Part shown: positions 1 through 9,740 of the stretch, piece after piece | Layout of the letters: each line of letters opens with the position of its first letter | Numbering within the stretch: the first letter of the stretch is position 1 | Virus record (IMG/VR): IMGVR_UViG_2887663082_000001 | Coordinates: 32,761 to 96,760 of that record | Length of the DNA: 64,000 nt | Origin: a virus | Lineage: Duplodnaviria > Caudoviricetes | Strand: one strand, 5' to 3' | Translations under genes and position numbers: made by a program | The notes under the pieces: generated by a model | The model's input: only the letters and a program-made list of their open reading frames with translations | Database searches by the model: none | Told to the model about the DNA's origin: nothing

Positions 1-92
1 AACTGTGAACCAGCAAACTGGGACCACCAGCTGTTGCCCTCGATGAGCTTGGTCAGCTTATCTTTGATTGCGGTAAGGTCGAGTACTGCCAT
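1..92 (-). CDS. bplA: 5' end of P1 BplA-like baseplate protein (runs off window)
   Basis: Manual translation from ATG at 92 gives MAVLDLTAIKDKLTKLIEGNSWWSQFAGSQ, resembling the P1 BplA N-terminus (..SFWSKFVGSQ). The ATG overlaps the pmgA stop. P1 order is sit-pmgA-bplA. Confidence 0.75.
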   Translation of the reverse strand, partial: MAVLDLTAIKDKLTKLIEGNSWWSQFAGSQ

Positions 93-439
93 TAATTTGA
101 TACTCCTGATGTTATCGTGCCTTCGGGAATGCGGATGGTGATAACTCCGAGGTCAAACTCTTGACCGGCGAAAGATACCCCTTTGATTTTGAGTGAGGGA
201 ACATCTTCAGAGAGCTTCTGCAATAGCCGACTTTCTATAGCCACCTGAACGCGATCAGAACCGATGGGATCGTGTTTAAACTCGGAAAGAATATTTCCCC
301 ATGCAGGAAGTCCATAGACCGAGCCCACCGGCGTATCTATCCACTCTTTTAAAGCTGCTGCCTTTGCTTCGAGCTCGGTGTTGTATGTGCGCAATCCGGT
401 TGACGTGAGCGACATTAAGTAGTCGATTTCGTTATTCAT
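92..439 (-). CDS. pmgA: P1 PmgA-like baseplate wedge protein (gp25/W-like)
   Basis: 115 aa with a W-x-x-TP-x-GS-x-YG-x-P-x-WG motif typical of gp25-like wedge proteins; synteny. Confidence 0.75.
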   Translation of the reverse strand: MNNEIDYLMSLTSTGLRTYNTELEAKAAALKEWIDTPVGSVYGLPAWGNILSEFKHDPIGSDRVQVAIESRLLQKLSEDVPSLKIKGVSFAGQEFDLGVITIRIPEGTITSGVSN

Positions 440-502
440 TGTTTACCCTGAACGGTAATGTGAAGCGCCAGTTCTGGCGCGGGCCAGCTAAGTTCTTGAG
501 TG

Positions 503-521
503 ATTGTATGGATAGTTACTT
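503..521 (-). promoter_or_regulatory. Putative Lpa-dependent late promoter for pmgA-bplA
   Basis: Minus strand AAGTAAC-TATCCA-TACAAT, the same geometry as other late-gene leaders in the window. Confidence 0.6.
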
Positions 522-712
522 TTGAGCGTGGAAATTAAATGAATGGTTGCAGCGGAAACGGTAAAGAAGTTGAGGAAGTTGCATTGCTTGGTTACTTCGC
601 CCTCGATCCGCCAGAGTGGGTGGAAATCACTTCCCTTTCGTCTGCTGTCGGGCTAAACATTTTTGAATAACTGCATAGGTAAAAAAGGGCCTCAAAGAAG
701 CCCATATGACTA

Positions 713-970
713 TTACCCAGTTTTGAATCCCGGCTTGCCGTTAGCAGCGCGCCAGACCTTGATTGTTTCGATAATCCCTTTTGTAGAATTATCTGCTCCA
801 GGTTTTGGACGATAAATTAGGTCCCATTTATCTGGGTGCTCAATCAGCTGACCAAATTCATACATAGCAGAGCTATGATCTGCCTCCGATGGAAAGTCAA
901 CATTCCTTATCCTATTGATAAAGTCTATGAACTCACTTTCAGTATAATATTCTAGCTTTTTATCAGCCAT
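713..970 (-). CDS. Orphan colicin E/pyocin-type DNase immunity protein (85 aa; start at ATG 970)
   Basis: MADKKLEYYTESEF..EHPDKWDLIYRP..WRAANGKPGFK matches Im7/Im9-family motifs; paralogue of 1503..1760. Confidence 0.9.
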   Translation of the reverse strand: MADKKLEYYTESEFIDFINRIRNVDFPSEADHSSAMYEFGQLIEHPDKWDLIYRPKPGADNSTKGIIETIKVWRAANGKPGFKTG

Positions 971-971
971 A

Positions 972-1375
972 TTACTTACCTTTATGAATTTCAATATGTC
1001 GTTTCGAAGTAACAGCATTCAGATTATCTTGGTCATAAATCTCGCTATTTTCTGAAATAGGTTGTTTATGATGTAACTCAACTTTTACTCTTTTTCCGAC
1101 TGATACTTGAATACTTACAGTCGGTAAATATCCTTTCTTCATTAGTTAATTTCATCTGGATGAAACTGCTTGCTCAAAGTTGGGTTTGCAGCCACTGCTT
1201 TCCATAACGCCCGGCGGAACGAATCAAACCTACTGAATGATATACCACGTAGCTTGTCAGCGATCTTGCTTGGGATAGGTGCACTCTGCCCAATACTCGC
1301 ACTGCCAAACCGACTAACAATGCTGAACAAATCGGCAAATCCAGCATCATCAGCGTTGAAAGCACCACTCGTCAA
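972..1375 (-). pseudogene. Frameshifted orphan HNH DNase toxin C-terminal domain
   Basis: APIPSKIADKLRG..FDSFRRALWKAVAANPTLSKQF, then a frame change at ~1142, then MKKGYLPTV..GKRVKVELHHKQPISENSEIYDQDNLNAVTSKRHIEIHKGK*. Colinear with the C-terminus of 1762..4209. Confidence 0.85.
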
Positions 1376-1502
1376 TTTAGCTAAGAATTAAAATGACTTA
1401 CTCCCCATCCTAAAGGGTGGGGAGCTTAAGGGTTATAACCCGACTAAACTTATATTTTCCACTAATTAAATTCCTCGTTAGAGGATAGAAATTAGCGCTT
1501 AA

Positions 1503-1760
1503 CTAGTTAGTCTTAAAACCAGGTTTACCATTTGCAGTTCGCCACGCTTTTACCGTTTTAGTAACACCAATGGGAGAGTTATCAGCACCAGGTTCTGGGT
1601 GATAGATTAGATCCCATCCATCTGGGTGTTCAGTTAACCTTCCGAATTCATAAATTGCATTATCATGCTCTTCTTCTGTTGGAAAATCAGCTTTCTTAAT
1701 CTTATCGACGAAAGCGATGAATTCGGCTTCTGTAAAGTCTTCGAATTTTTTCTGGTCCAT
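1503..1760 (-). CDS. Cognate nuclease-bacteriocin immunity protein
   Basis: Im-family motifs (TEAEF, EHPDGWDLIYHP, WR..NGKPGFK); starts 1 nt after the toxin stop. Confidence 0.93.
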   Translation of the reverse strand: MDQKKFEDFTEAEFIAFVDKIKKADFPTEEEHDNAIYEFGRLTEHPDGWDLIYHPEPGADNSPIGVTKTVKAWRTANGKPGFKTN

Positions 1761-1761
1761 T

Positions 1762-4209
1762 TTATTTTCCCTTATGAATTTCGATGTGACGTTTTGGAGT
1801 CAATGCATTGAGATTATCCATATTATATACATCTCCACCTTCCGAAATGGCCTTATTATGATGTAGCTCTACTTTTACACGTTTACCAACAGAATCCCTA
1901 AATTTAACTGTCGGTGCACGACCTAATTTCATGCGAACTAAATCATCGGCACTAAACTGCTTACTCAAAGTAGGATCATCAGCCACTGCTTTCCATAACG
2001 CCCGACGGAAGGAATCAAAGCTACTGAATGATTTACCTCGTAGCTTGTCAGCGATCTGACTTGGGATAGGGGCACCGTTATTAACACCAGCGCTACCTAG
2101 CCAGTTATCCCCTACCTGTTGACCTTTCCCCGTTGCTTGTCCCGGTAAATTACGTGGACTACGAAACATAATATACAGGGGTTTTAATCCCGATCCATCC
2201 GGGAACACCAGAATGATATCCCGGAAATCTGGATCATCTGCCGCCGGGGATACTGTTGTTTTTAACGTCTCAGGTGCCGAAGATTGATCGCCGGTGTGGA
2301 GAATAACTTCTGGAAGGGGTACCGGACCTTCTAGAACAAGCTGACCGTTAACACCCGGAGCATTTGCTGGACTGATTAAAATGGTCTGAGCTGGGGCTCC
2401 TGGCATTGCTGGCAGAGCGTAGCTATAGTATCCGGTTGATTTGTCTACAACAGCCCGCACGACAGGAACCTTACCTGGCACCGGTGTACGGACTAGCTGT
2501 GCTTCAAGTGTACCGTTATCTTGCAATACCAACTGGCCACGGATAGGCATATCCACGGTTGCATGAGTGTCAGCAGCTTTATTCAGTTGTGAAATCGCCG
2601 GAAGAGAAAGTGCGTCCGTTGGTATCAACGCACTAATATCGCGGCCGGGCACTTGGTCACTACCTTTACCAACATCAGGAGAATATAGAAGGCCACCAAT
2701 TGTGGCAGCGACAGGTCCGGCAAGGCTTGCTGTTGCGATACCACGCAGTTCAGCCAGCGCCGCACTCATAGCAGACCAGACTGATGCCGCCAGCTTACTA
2801 TCAAGTGCAATCCCACCAACAGAAGCTACAGACCAGTTGAGTGGTGCACTTCCTACAGGGGTACCTGTTGCCACGCCTCGAACGGACTGAATGCCTGATG
2901 TTTTCAGCCTGTCAGCAACTGCCTGACGGTCCTGAAGAGCTTTAGCTTTTGCAGCAGCAGCACGCGCATCATCTGCTGCTTTTTTCGCTGCCGCAGCGGC
3001 AGCTTCTGCTTCCTGTCGTTTTTTCGTCGCAGCAGCTAGAGCCGCATCGGCTGCTGTTTTCTGTTTTTTAGCATTTTGCAGCGCAGTATTTGCCTGAACG
3101 AGTTGCTTATTCAGACTGTCACGACTTGTGGTCGCTGTGCTGATTTCTGTCTGCTTGGTCTTAATACTGTTCTTGGTAGTTGTCAGAAAACCTTGTGCGT
3201 TAAAAAACAGGCGATCCTGACCTGGCACATTTGCATACTGAAGAGTTGCTTTAACCTGATCTTCTGCTTTCTTCAACTGGATGTTCAGTGCTGCCAGTTC
3301 TGACTGTTTTGTCTTTAAGGACTGATTTGCTGTGTTAACTTTGGCGGTCAGGGTATTCACATTTCCCTGAGCAGCCACAACTGCCGCTTGTGCAGTCTCA
3401 ATGCTTTTCTTTGCATCAAATTCTGCCTTAGTCATACCAGAAGCCAGTGCTTTCGCTTCTTCCTCTTTCAGTGCCCGTGCGGCCGCTTCCGCTTTAGCTT
3501 TCGCAGCAGCATCTTGGCGTTGTTTAACTCCTTGGTTCCAGGCTTGTGTCAACTCTGGCACTTCCCGATCTTGGGAATATTTAACTGTACGGGTACCGTG
3601 ACCGTAGGTTCCATCCGTTGTGGTGTCGTACCAGGTATAATTTTTCATGACCTTCCCGCCACTCAACCAGTACCCTTCGGGCATACTGCCCTGAAGAGTG
3701 CTCAGCACCAGGCCAAGAGAAGTTGTACTTAAGTAAGTAGCATTCTGTCCGAGGGTCGCAGAATTGCCAACATTTGGGATATTTTTATCGGTACGTTTAA
3801 TACCTGTTTCAATATCGCCGACAGCAACTGGACCAACTGCTGTATTTACCCCCAAAACCAGCCCGCCAAGTCCTACCCGTTTAGCCTGATCGGCATTCAA
3901 TCCACTAATGGAAATGCTTAGCGTACCGGAAGCTGAAACACTATTAATCTGTAATTTGGCCGCAGGATTGATGGCGATTGCAGCCAGTATCAGGTTATTG
4001 AGTTTTTGGCGAACATTCTTATCACTATTAATTTTATTAAGTTGCTCCTGTACAGGCGTGAGAGCTGCCGTTGAACCGGTGCTACTACCGCCAGAACTTG
4101 CGCCACCCCCGTTGCCTTGCATACCGCCACCAGGAGCTGGTTCAGAGCCTCTTTCTGAACTCCAACTAGTCCCGTCTCCGGAGCTACCACCATAGTTAAA
4201 ACCAGGCAT
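1762..4209 (-). CDS. Chimeric nuclease bacteriocin: colicin A-like translocation/receptor region + pyocin-S domain + HNH DNase (klebicin B-like architecture)
   Basis: N-terminal MPGFNYGG..DGTSWSSE (TolB box); colicin A-like GYWLSGGKVM/EVPELT/KAEFDA region; pyocin-S-like DFRDIILVFP..LKPLYIMF; colicin E-like ELHH..NMDNL..KRHIEIH. Confidence 0.93.
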   Translation of the reverse strand: MPGFNYGGSSGDGTSWSSERGSEPAPGGGMQGNGGGASSGGSSTGSTAALTPVQEQLNKINSDKNVRQKLNNLILAAIAINPAAKLQINSVSASGTLSISISGLNADQAKRVGLGGLVLGVNTAVGPVAVGDIETGIKRTDKNIPNVGNSATLGQNATYLSTTSLGLVLSTLQGSMPEGYWLSGGKVMKNYTWYDTTTDGTYGHGTRTVKYSQDREVPELTQAWNQGVKQRQDAAAKAKAEAAARALKEEEAKALASGMTKAEFDAKKSIETAQAAVVAAQGNVNTLTAKVNTANQSLKTKQSELAALNIQLKKAEDQVKATLQYANVPGQDRLFFNAQGFLTTTKNSIKTKQTEISTATTSRDSLNKQLVQANTALQNAKKQKTAADAALAAATKKRQEAEAAAAAAKKAADDARAAAAKAKALQDRQAVADRLKTSGIQSVRGVATGTPVGSAPLNWSVASVGGIALDSKLAASVWSAMSAALAELRGIATASLAGPVAATIGGLLYSPDVGKGSDQVPGRDISALIPTDALSLPAISQLNKAADTHATVDMPIRGQLVLQDNGTLEAQLVRTPVPGKVPVVRAVVDKSTGYYSYALPAMPGAPAQTILISPANAPGVNGQLVLEGPVPLPEVILHTGDQSSAPETLKTTVSPAADDPDFRDIILVFPDGSGLKPLYIMFRSPRNLPGQATGKGQQVGDNWLGSAGVNNGAPIPSQIADKLRGKSFSSFDSFRRALWKAVADDPTLSKQFSADDLVRMKLGRAPTVKFRDSVGKRVKVELHHNKAISEGGDVYNMDNLNALTPKRHIEIHKGK

Positions 4210-4326
4210 TTTTTTCTCCTTATTTTTGTTCTCTATTACAAATTCTCATGAGAAAACTGGTGTGCGGTTCATCGCTTCATGAACATCTGTTCGATGGTTA
4301 TAAGAGGTGTTCCGTTACACCAACAA

Positions 4327-4379
4327 CTGTATGCATATACAGTAAATTAATACTACGACTGAGATAACCTTATTGTCAA
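4327..4379 (-). promoter_or_regulatory. SOS-regulated sigma70 promoter with LexA box
   Basis: LexA box CTGTATGCATATACAG at 4327-4342; minus-strand TTGACA (4379-4374) and TAGTAT (4355-4350) lie just upstream. Confidence 0.85.
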
Positions 4380-4514
4380 TAATGTTTTTATTAATATAAA
4401 ATGCATATTAATCAATAAATTAAGATCTATTCTAATCTTCATTACTGTGCAAAACTGCAAGGCGCAAGGCCTGCAAGAAGTGTGTAATTGAATATTTCAA
4501 ACTCAGCATGAACA

Positions 4515-4545
4515 ATCAAAAAGACTCCGTAGGGTCTTTTTGATT
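4515..4545. terminator. Intrinsic terminator after sit
   Basis: caaaaagac-tccgtagg-gtctttttg inverted repeat with A/T tails. Confidence 0.6.
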
Positions 4546-4554
4546 GTTGTCTTG

Positions 4555-7500
4555 TTAGTTTCGAGCTACCTCACTCATAGAGGCATCGTCAATGGTTAGC
4601 GGCACACTGGTTCGCGGCGCCGGTTGCGGGGTATTTGCCTTCGGTGTGTTATCCCCAGTTTTTTCTGCGGTGTCTTTGGTATGGCCAGCGATTTCATCAA
4701 GTCGTTTGAGGATCGACTCCCAGGTTTTGGTCAGGCTTTTTGGCAGCGTCATTTCGTTAGCAACGTTAACCGTTGATTTCATTTGGCTGGCGCTCATATC
4801 CTTAACTGCCAGTATTTTTGCCGGAATGGCCATGTTTGCAGGCTGTACTTTTTGCTTAGCCGGTTTGACTGATGTTGTAGCGACCGGCGGCGCGCCAGTT
4901 TGCATGGCATCTATTTCAGCTGCTGAGGCTTGATGGCGTAGCCCCTCGGCATTGGCGATCTTATCCCCGCCCCACTCATTGATTTTCTGGCTTATAAGCT
5001 CACCGCCAGGCACATCTTTGAGCCAGCTGTTATCTGTTGGAAGCTGAGCGCGGGAGTACATTGAACCTGACGCTGCAACGTGCGCCTGAGCTGCGGACTC
5101 TTTAGCTTCCTGAACTTTTTGTTGGCTCTGTGGTGATTTTCCTCGTTGTAAAGCATCCAACTCGGCTGTGGATACCTGGTGACGTTCTCCTTCGGCATTA
5201 GCAAGTTTATCGCCGCCGTTGTCATTGATTACCTTGCTTAGATATTCTCCACCTGGGATATCTTTAAATGCCTGGCTATCGGTCGGCAGTTTTGCTGATG
5301 TAAATCGCGCGTCATTACTGGCTTGAGCTGTTTGTTGTTGCTGTTGAGCCGTTGGTGTCTGTGCCTGCGAGGTTGCAGCTGGCGTCCCGGCTGTTGGCGT
5401 TTGTGTTGCTGGCAAAGCATCGTTACTTGCTCCCTTCGCATTGGTGTAGTTTATGGCGGTTGTCGGTGCTGCTGCACCTGCCGCCTGCATGGCAGCAATT
5501 ACTTTAGGTGCGTATTCGCGGGTTTCTTTCGGGGCGGCTCCCATCCCTTTTTTCTGGATGTTGCCCTCTCCCCAGTTGTATGCAGAAAGCGCCAGGCCTA
5601 CATCGCCGTTATAGCGTTTTACTAATCCGCCTAATTTCTTGGCCGCCGCTGCCGCCGATTTATCCGGATCGTAAACATCGTTTCCGATCAATCCATATTC
5701 AGTAGCTGTTTTAGGCATAAACTGAAACATGCCTTTTGCTCCAGCACCAGATACGGCCCCATTATTGCCTCCTGATTCTGTTGTCGCTACACCTCTCAGT
5801 AGTCCAGGTGGAAGCCCATATTGCTGTTCCAGAGACGCAAACTTACCCGCCATCGAGTCGAGTTGCATTCTTCCTGTTTCAGTAGGAACCGGAGTTTTGA
5901 AATCACCGACTTTTACGGGCCCATTATTCGGCTTACCCGTAATTGCTGTTGCTGCGGCAGATACACCTCCTGCCACGAGATTATTGATAGCCTCAATGGT
6001 ATCTGAGGCTCCTTTTTTCACTGCCTCAATGAGGGTTTGATTTCGTTCGTCAGCCTTCTTATCGTTCCCTGTTATGCCGATCGCGTCGGTAACTGATTTT
6101 ACGGAAGAGATTGAATCCCCTACCCCTTTGTCGATCAGCTTTGCGATGTCCGCCGTATTGAAGTCCAGCGCTTTGGCTACGCCATCCATGCCAAGCGCAT
6201 TTGCGCCGGAAGATAACAGACCGGCTGCGCCTGATACCAAGCCCCCCATATCGAGTACGTTCGCCGTGGTATATTCTGCCTTTTGGCGAGCTGACACTTT
6301 GTCTGTGGATTTTAGACCGAACGCCTGCTGCTGCCCTTCGGTATCCATGTACCCAGTAACCGCATCGATGCCAGCACCGGCTATCTGACCAATTACCGGA
6401 ATTGAACGAAGGGCTGTTTTACCTAGTGTTTTAGCTGTGAGTTTTGCGCCGCCTTCCAGAGCAATTTTTTCGCCTCCCTCCTCAGCTACTTTTAAAGCAC
6501 CTTTCTCTACAGCCGTTGTTGCTTCTTTCTTCGCAACGGTTGAGGCTTCTTTACCTGCTACTTTCTCTGTTTTTGCTGCTGCCGTTGGTTTGTTAGCAGG
6601 TTTGGCCTTTGGCGTTTCTTCCGTAGGCTTAGCGGCTGGCTTTTCCTCAGGAGCTACTCTCTTTTCTTGTTCGCTCGGTTTGTTCTCTTTAGCAGCATCG
6701 CTTTCTTCTCCATCGAGGAGATCAGATGCCTGATACGCGCCATATCCAGCAGCAGCGACGCCAGCAGTGATCTTCGCCCCTTTCGATTTAAAAAGGCGTT
6801 TGAGAAAGTTTCCCTTAGTGGGTTTTTTCGGCCCTTTTGGTTTCTTGGGTTTTTTCTTCTTATTTTTCCCCTTGCCGCTGTCTGGCAGGCTATCATCACC
6901 CATACCATCTAGAGCATCTTTCGCCCTCGATCCACCAGCTGTTGCAATCGCTTTAAGGAGAATAGCCTTCCCGAGTTTAAATGCCGTCGTCATGAGGGCA
7001 CTGGCGATCGTTAATGGCAGTAGAAGAACCTTCCCTAAAAGTTTCCCTACAGCTTGAATAGGTTTTCTGAGGGCTTTGCCGAACATTGAGCCAATAGAAC
7101 CCCAGAAGCCTTTACCGCCCCCTCCCCCACCTTGCTTATTAAGCAACTCATCGAGGCGATCGGTAATCTCCTTATTCCCCTCTTTAATCTGCTCGGTCTG
7201 GTGCTCAGTTGCATTGACCTGCTGTTTTTGGACCTGGCGCTCAATGACGTTCTTACTACCGTCTTTAGGTTTACGGGAAAAGGCGCGGCGAAGCATACCT
7301 GGTTTTTTGGTGCCGTCTTCGCCCTCCTCTCCTCCGAGAAAGTCCTTCATTTTATTTTTGGCATCGAGCGCGCCACTACCCATGCCTTTTGACATTGAGT
7401 AGACCTCATGGCCAGCCTTCCAGAACGAGCCACCAGCAGCGGTACCAGCTGCATTAGTAGAATCCGCTTCCATAGGATCGCCCAGCTCGGACATCATCTT

Positions 7501-8115
7501 CCCAACGCGGGTTAAAAGAGCGTTCTCCTTGCGAGAGTTTTCCTCCTGCTCTTTATCGTGGCGGCTCCGGTTGCGAGACTCTTTATCGTCATTAACCTTA
7601 TCTTTTGATGTGAATCGTCCATTCTTATCGCGTGTTGCCTCCGGGCGGTTCGGTGTACGCAAAATTTTCAACGCATTTTCACTATCTTGTTTTAAATCTG
7701 TTTTATGGTTGTCCTTTGGTTGGTGTTGAATTACTTTGGTGAAATTCTGCGAATCATCAGGTTTCTGATTGTCGCTTGATTCGCTTATGGTTGTTTTATC
7801 GTTGATGTTATCGGGTTTAGTGCCCTCCGTTGATGTTGATTGCTCTTTGGTTGCTATATGTTTGTTGTTTGATTGTTTAGCGGCGTTTTTCCGGCGTTTC
7901 TTGTCCTGTTGGGCTTTTCTCTGCTTATTCAGAGCTACGCTGCGGGAAGTGTTGTCGTCTGACGGCTGCACATTGATTGCTGAACCGGCAGACGGTAACC
8001 CTTCAGTGAGGCCTTTTTCGATTCGTGACAGTACTGCGAGCTCTTTATTGCTTGCTACGTCGACGGAATCAATCACCTCTTTAAAGCCGGGCTTCTCTGG
8101 CTTATCACCGTTCAT
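4555..8115 (-). CDS. sit: P1 Sit-like tape measure/structural lytic transglycosylase
   Basis: 1186 aa; SLT motifs ESGGN, GAKGMFQFMPKTA and AYNWGEGN; lies between pmgB and pmgA. Confidence 0.85.
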   Translation of the reverse strand: MNGDKPEKPGFKEVIDSVDVASNKELAVLSRIEKGLTEGLPSAGSAINVQPSDDNTSRSVALNKQRKAQQDKKRRKNAAKQSNNKHIATKEQSTSTEGTKPDNINDKTTISESSDNQKPDDSQNFTKVIQHQPKDNHKTDLKQDSENALKILRTPNRPEATRDKNGRFTSKDKVNDDKESRNRSRHDKEQEENSRKENALLTRVGKMMSELGDPMEADSTNAAGTAAGGSFWKAGHEVYSMSKGMGSGALDAKNKMKDFLGGEEGEDGTKKPGMLRRAFSRKPKDGSKNVIERQVQKQQVNATEHQTEQIKEGNKEITDRLDELLNKQGGGGGGKGFWGSIGSMFGKALRKPIQAVGKLLGKVLLLPLTIASALMTTAFKLGKAILLKAIATAGGSRAKDALDGMGDDSLPDSGKGKNKKKKPKKPKGPKKPTKGNFLKRLFKSKGAKITAGVAAAGYGAYQASDLLDGEESDAAKENKPSEQEKRVAPEEKPAAKPTEETPKAKPANKPTAAAKTEKVAGKEASTVAKKEATTAVEKGALKVAEEGGEKIALEGGAKLTAKTLGKTALRSIPVIGQIAGAGIDAVTGYMDTEGQQQAFGLKSTDKVSARQKAEYTTANVLDMGGLVSGAAGLLSSGANALGMDGVAKALDFNTADIAKLIDKGVGDSISSVKSVTDAIGITGNDKKADERNQTLIEAVKKGASDTIEAINNLVAGGVSAAATAITGKPNNGPVKVGDFKTPVPTETGRMQLDSMAGKFASLEQQYGLPPGLLRGVATTESGGNNGAVSGAGAKGMFQFMPKTATEYGLIGNDVYDPDKSAAAAAKKLGGLVKRYNGDVGLALSAYNWGEGNIQKKGMGAAPKETREYAPKVIAAMQAAGAAAPTTAINYTNAKGASNDALPATQTPTAGTPAATSQAQTPTAQQQQQTAQASNDARFTSAKLPTDSQAFKDIPGGEYLSKVINDNGGDKLANAEGERHQVSTAELDALQRGKSPQSQQKVQEAKESAAQAHVAASGSMYSRAQLPTDNSWLKDVPGGELISQKINEWGGDKIANAEGLRHQASAAEIDAMQTGAPPVATTSVKPAKQKVQPANMAIPAKILAVKDMSASQMKSTVNVANEMTLPKSLTKTWESILKRLDEIAGHTKDTAEKTGDNTPKANTPQPAPRTSVPLTIDDASMSEVARN

Positions 8116-8194
8116 GGTGTCTCCTGGTGGTGTTTTTCGTACCAGAATCTTAAGGAATGTTCTCTTTCCCGTGTTAGATGAAAAAAACGCCTTG

Positions 8195-8365
8195 TTAAAT
8201 TATTATTTTCACAAAATCGTAAAATCATAAATTGTTTAAATGATAATTTATGATGTTGTTATTGCCATTGAACGCCGCTATCATTGGTGAAAACGGGTTG
8301 ATTTACATTGTTAATTCGATGGTTTGTGAGATTGCGAATTTGCGATTTTCACAAAATCGTAAAAG
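8195..8365. repeat. 8-bp-periodic centromere/operator arrays upstream of parA
   Basis: tttcacaa-aatcgtaa-aatcataa and tttgtgag-attgcgaa-tttgcgat-tttcacaa-aatcgtaa. Confidence 0.65.
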
Positions 8366-8374
8366 AGGGGCGTT

Positions 8375-9001
8375 ATGATTATCCTTATAGGCTCACAGAA
8401 AGGTGGCGTTGGTAAATCCACGCTGGCAGTTAATATTGCAGGCTATCTCATCTCTCTGGGTAAGCGGGCAATCGTCATTGATGCTGACGACCAGCAGTCT
8501 GTGATGACGTGGTACAACAGTCGCGATGAATCACATGTATTCATTCCTGTTATATCCGCTGCCGGGAACGTCAAACAGACTTTGATTGAGCAAAACAAAA
8601 ATTATGATTACGTAATTTGTGACAGCGCCGGACGTGATAGCAAAGAGTTGCGTACAGGCCTCACTGCGGCAGATATCTTCATTACCCCCATGCGCCCCTC
8701 TCAGATGGATCTTGATACCATCGCCCATCTGGCCGAAGTTTTTACTGAAGCCAAAGATTGGAATGAAAATGTTCGTGGCTACGTGATGTTAAACATGTGC
8801 CCAACGAATATGTTTATCAATGAAGCAAACGAAACAGCAAACGCACTTGCTGATTACCCAGAATTTAAGCTCATGGAGAGCCGCGTGTGTGACCGAAAGG
8901 TTTACCGTGATGCATGGGGTGACTCGATAACAATTCATGAAGCATCAAACGATAAAGCCAAAGGCGAAATCGAGGCTGTTGTGAAGGAGATACTACTGTG
9001 A
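8375..9001 (+). CDS. parA: Type Ib ParA/ParF Walker-A partition ATPase
   Basis: KGGVGKST and DADDQ motifs; 208 aa with no N-terminal HTH. Confidence 0.92.
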   Translation: MIILIGSQKGGVGKSTLAVNIAGYLISLGKRAIVIDADDQQSVMTWYNSRDESHVFIPVISAAGNVKQTLIEQNKNYDYVICDSAGRDSKELRTGLTAADIFITPMRPSQMDLDTIAHLAEVFTEAKDWNENVRGYVMLNMCPTNMFINEANETANALADYPEFKLMESRVCDRKVYRDAWGDSITIHEASNDKAKGEIEAVVKEILL

Positions 9002-9345
9002 GCATTAAACCACGAGTTGTACGTCCGAGAACTGAGGAAGAGTTCATTAATGGTGCTAACCCTGATTCACCAGCAGCATCTAAACCAGCAGAGGTTTCAT
9101 CATCAGGGACCGAAGAAAATAAGGCTCCATTAGAGGCTAAAAGTAAACCTCAAGGTAGTCGCGCGCTTTCCATCAGTGTTACCGACCACCATTTATCATT
9201 GCTGGATAGATCCATAGCCGAAGGCCTGATGAATGGGATTTCTGGGGTTAAACGCTCTGATATCGCAAAGGCGGCTTTCCTCGTCTGGGAACGTATGAGC
9301 CAAGCCGAGCGAGTGAAGGTCCTTTCAGAACTGTTAGCAAAATAG
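8998..9345 (+). CDS. Small centromere-binding protein (ParG-like, probable RHH)
   Basis: Overlaps the parA stop; EEFINGA N-terminus, flexible linker, then a beta-helix-helix-like C-terminus. Confidence 0.65.
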   Translation: MSIKPRVVRPRTEEEFINGANPDSPAASKPAEVSSSGTEENKAPLEAKSKPQGSRALSISVTDHHLSLLDRSIAEGLMNGISGVKRSDIAKAAFLVWERMSQAERVKVLSELLAK

Positions 9346-9354
9346 TTAACTATT

Positions 9355-9682
9355 AAATTGTGATTTTCACAAATTGTGATAATCACAATCACCCGCCTTC
9401 AGAAGCCGCTCTTTAGCGGCTTTTTTATACTCGTAAACTCATAAATTGTGAAAATCGCAAATTAAGAAAGTATGAAAATCATGTTTTCGCATTTGGCGAT
9501 ATTGTCACTTTAACACAAGTGTAGAGGTGTTGAGGTGTACCTTACGTGGTTCCTACTGAGGGGCATAGGATTGCTGGGTGGCGGCACTTAAATGGAGGTA
9601 CAATACTAAAATCACAAATTGGCAAAATGATATTTTCATAAATTATGATTTTACCATTTTGCCATTTTCACATGATTACAAA
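9355..9682. repeat. Downstream 8-bp-periodic centromere-like arrays (includes terminator ~9403-9426)
   Basis: actcgtaa-actcataa-attgtgaa-aatcgcaa.. and aatcacaa-attggcaa-aatgatat-tttcataa-attatgat-tttaccat-tttgccat-tttcacat. Confidence 0.65.
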
Positions 9683-9740
9683 CTATCTCCGGTTCGGGTT
9701 GTTCTTCTGATACACCGCATCGACAAATCTTAGCGCATCA

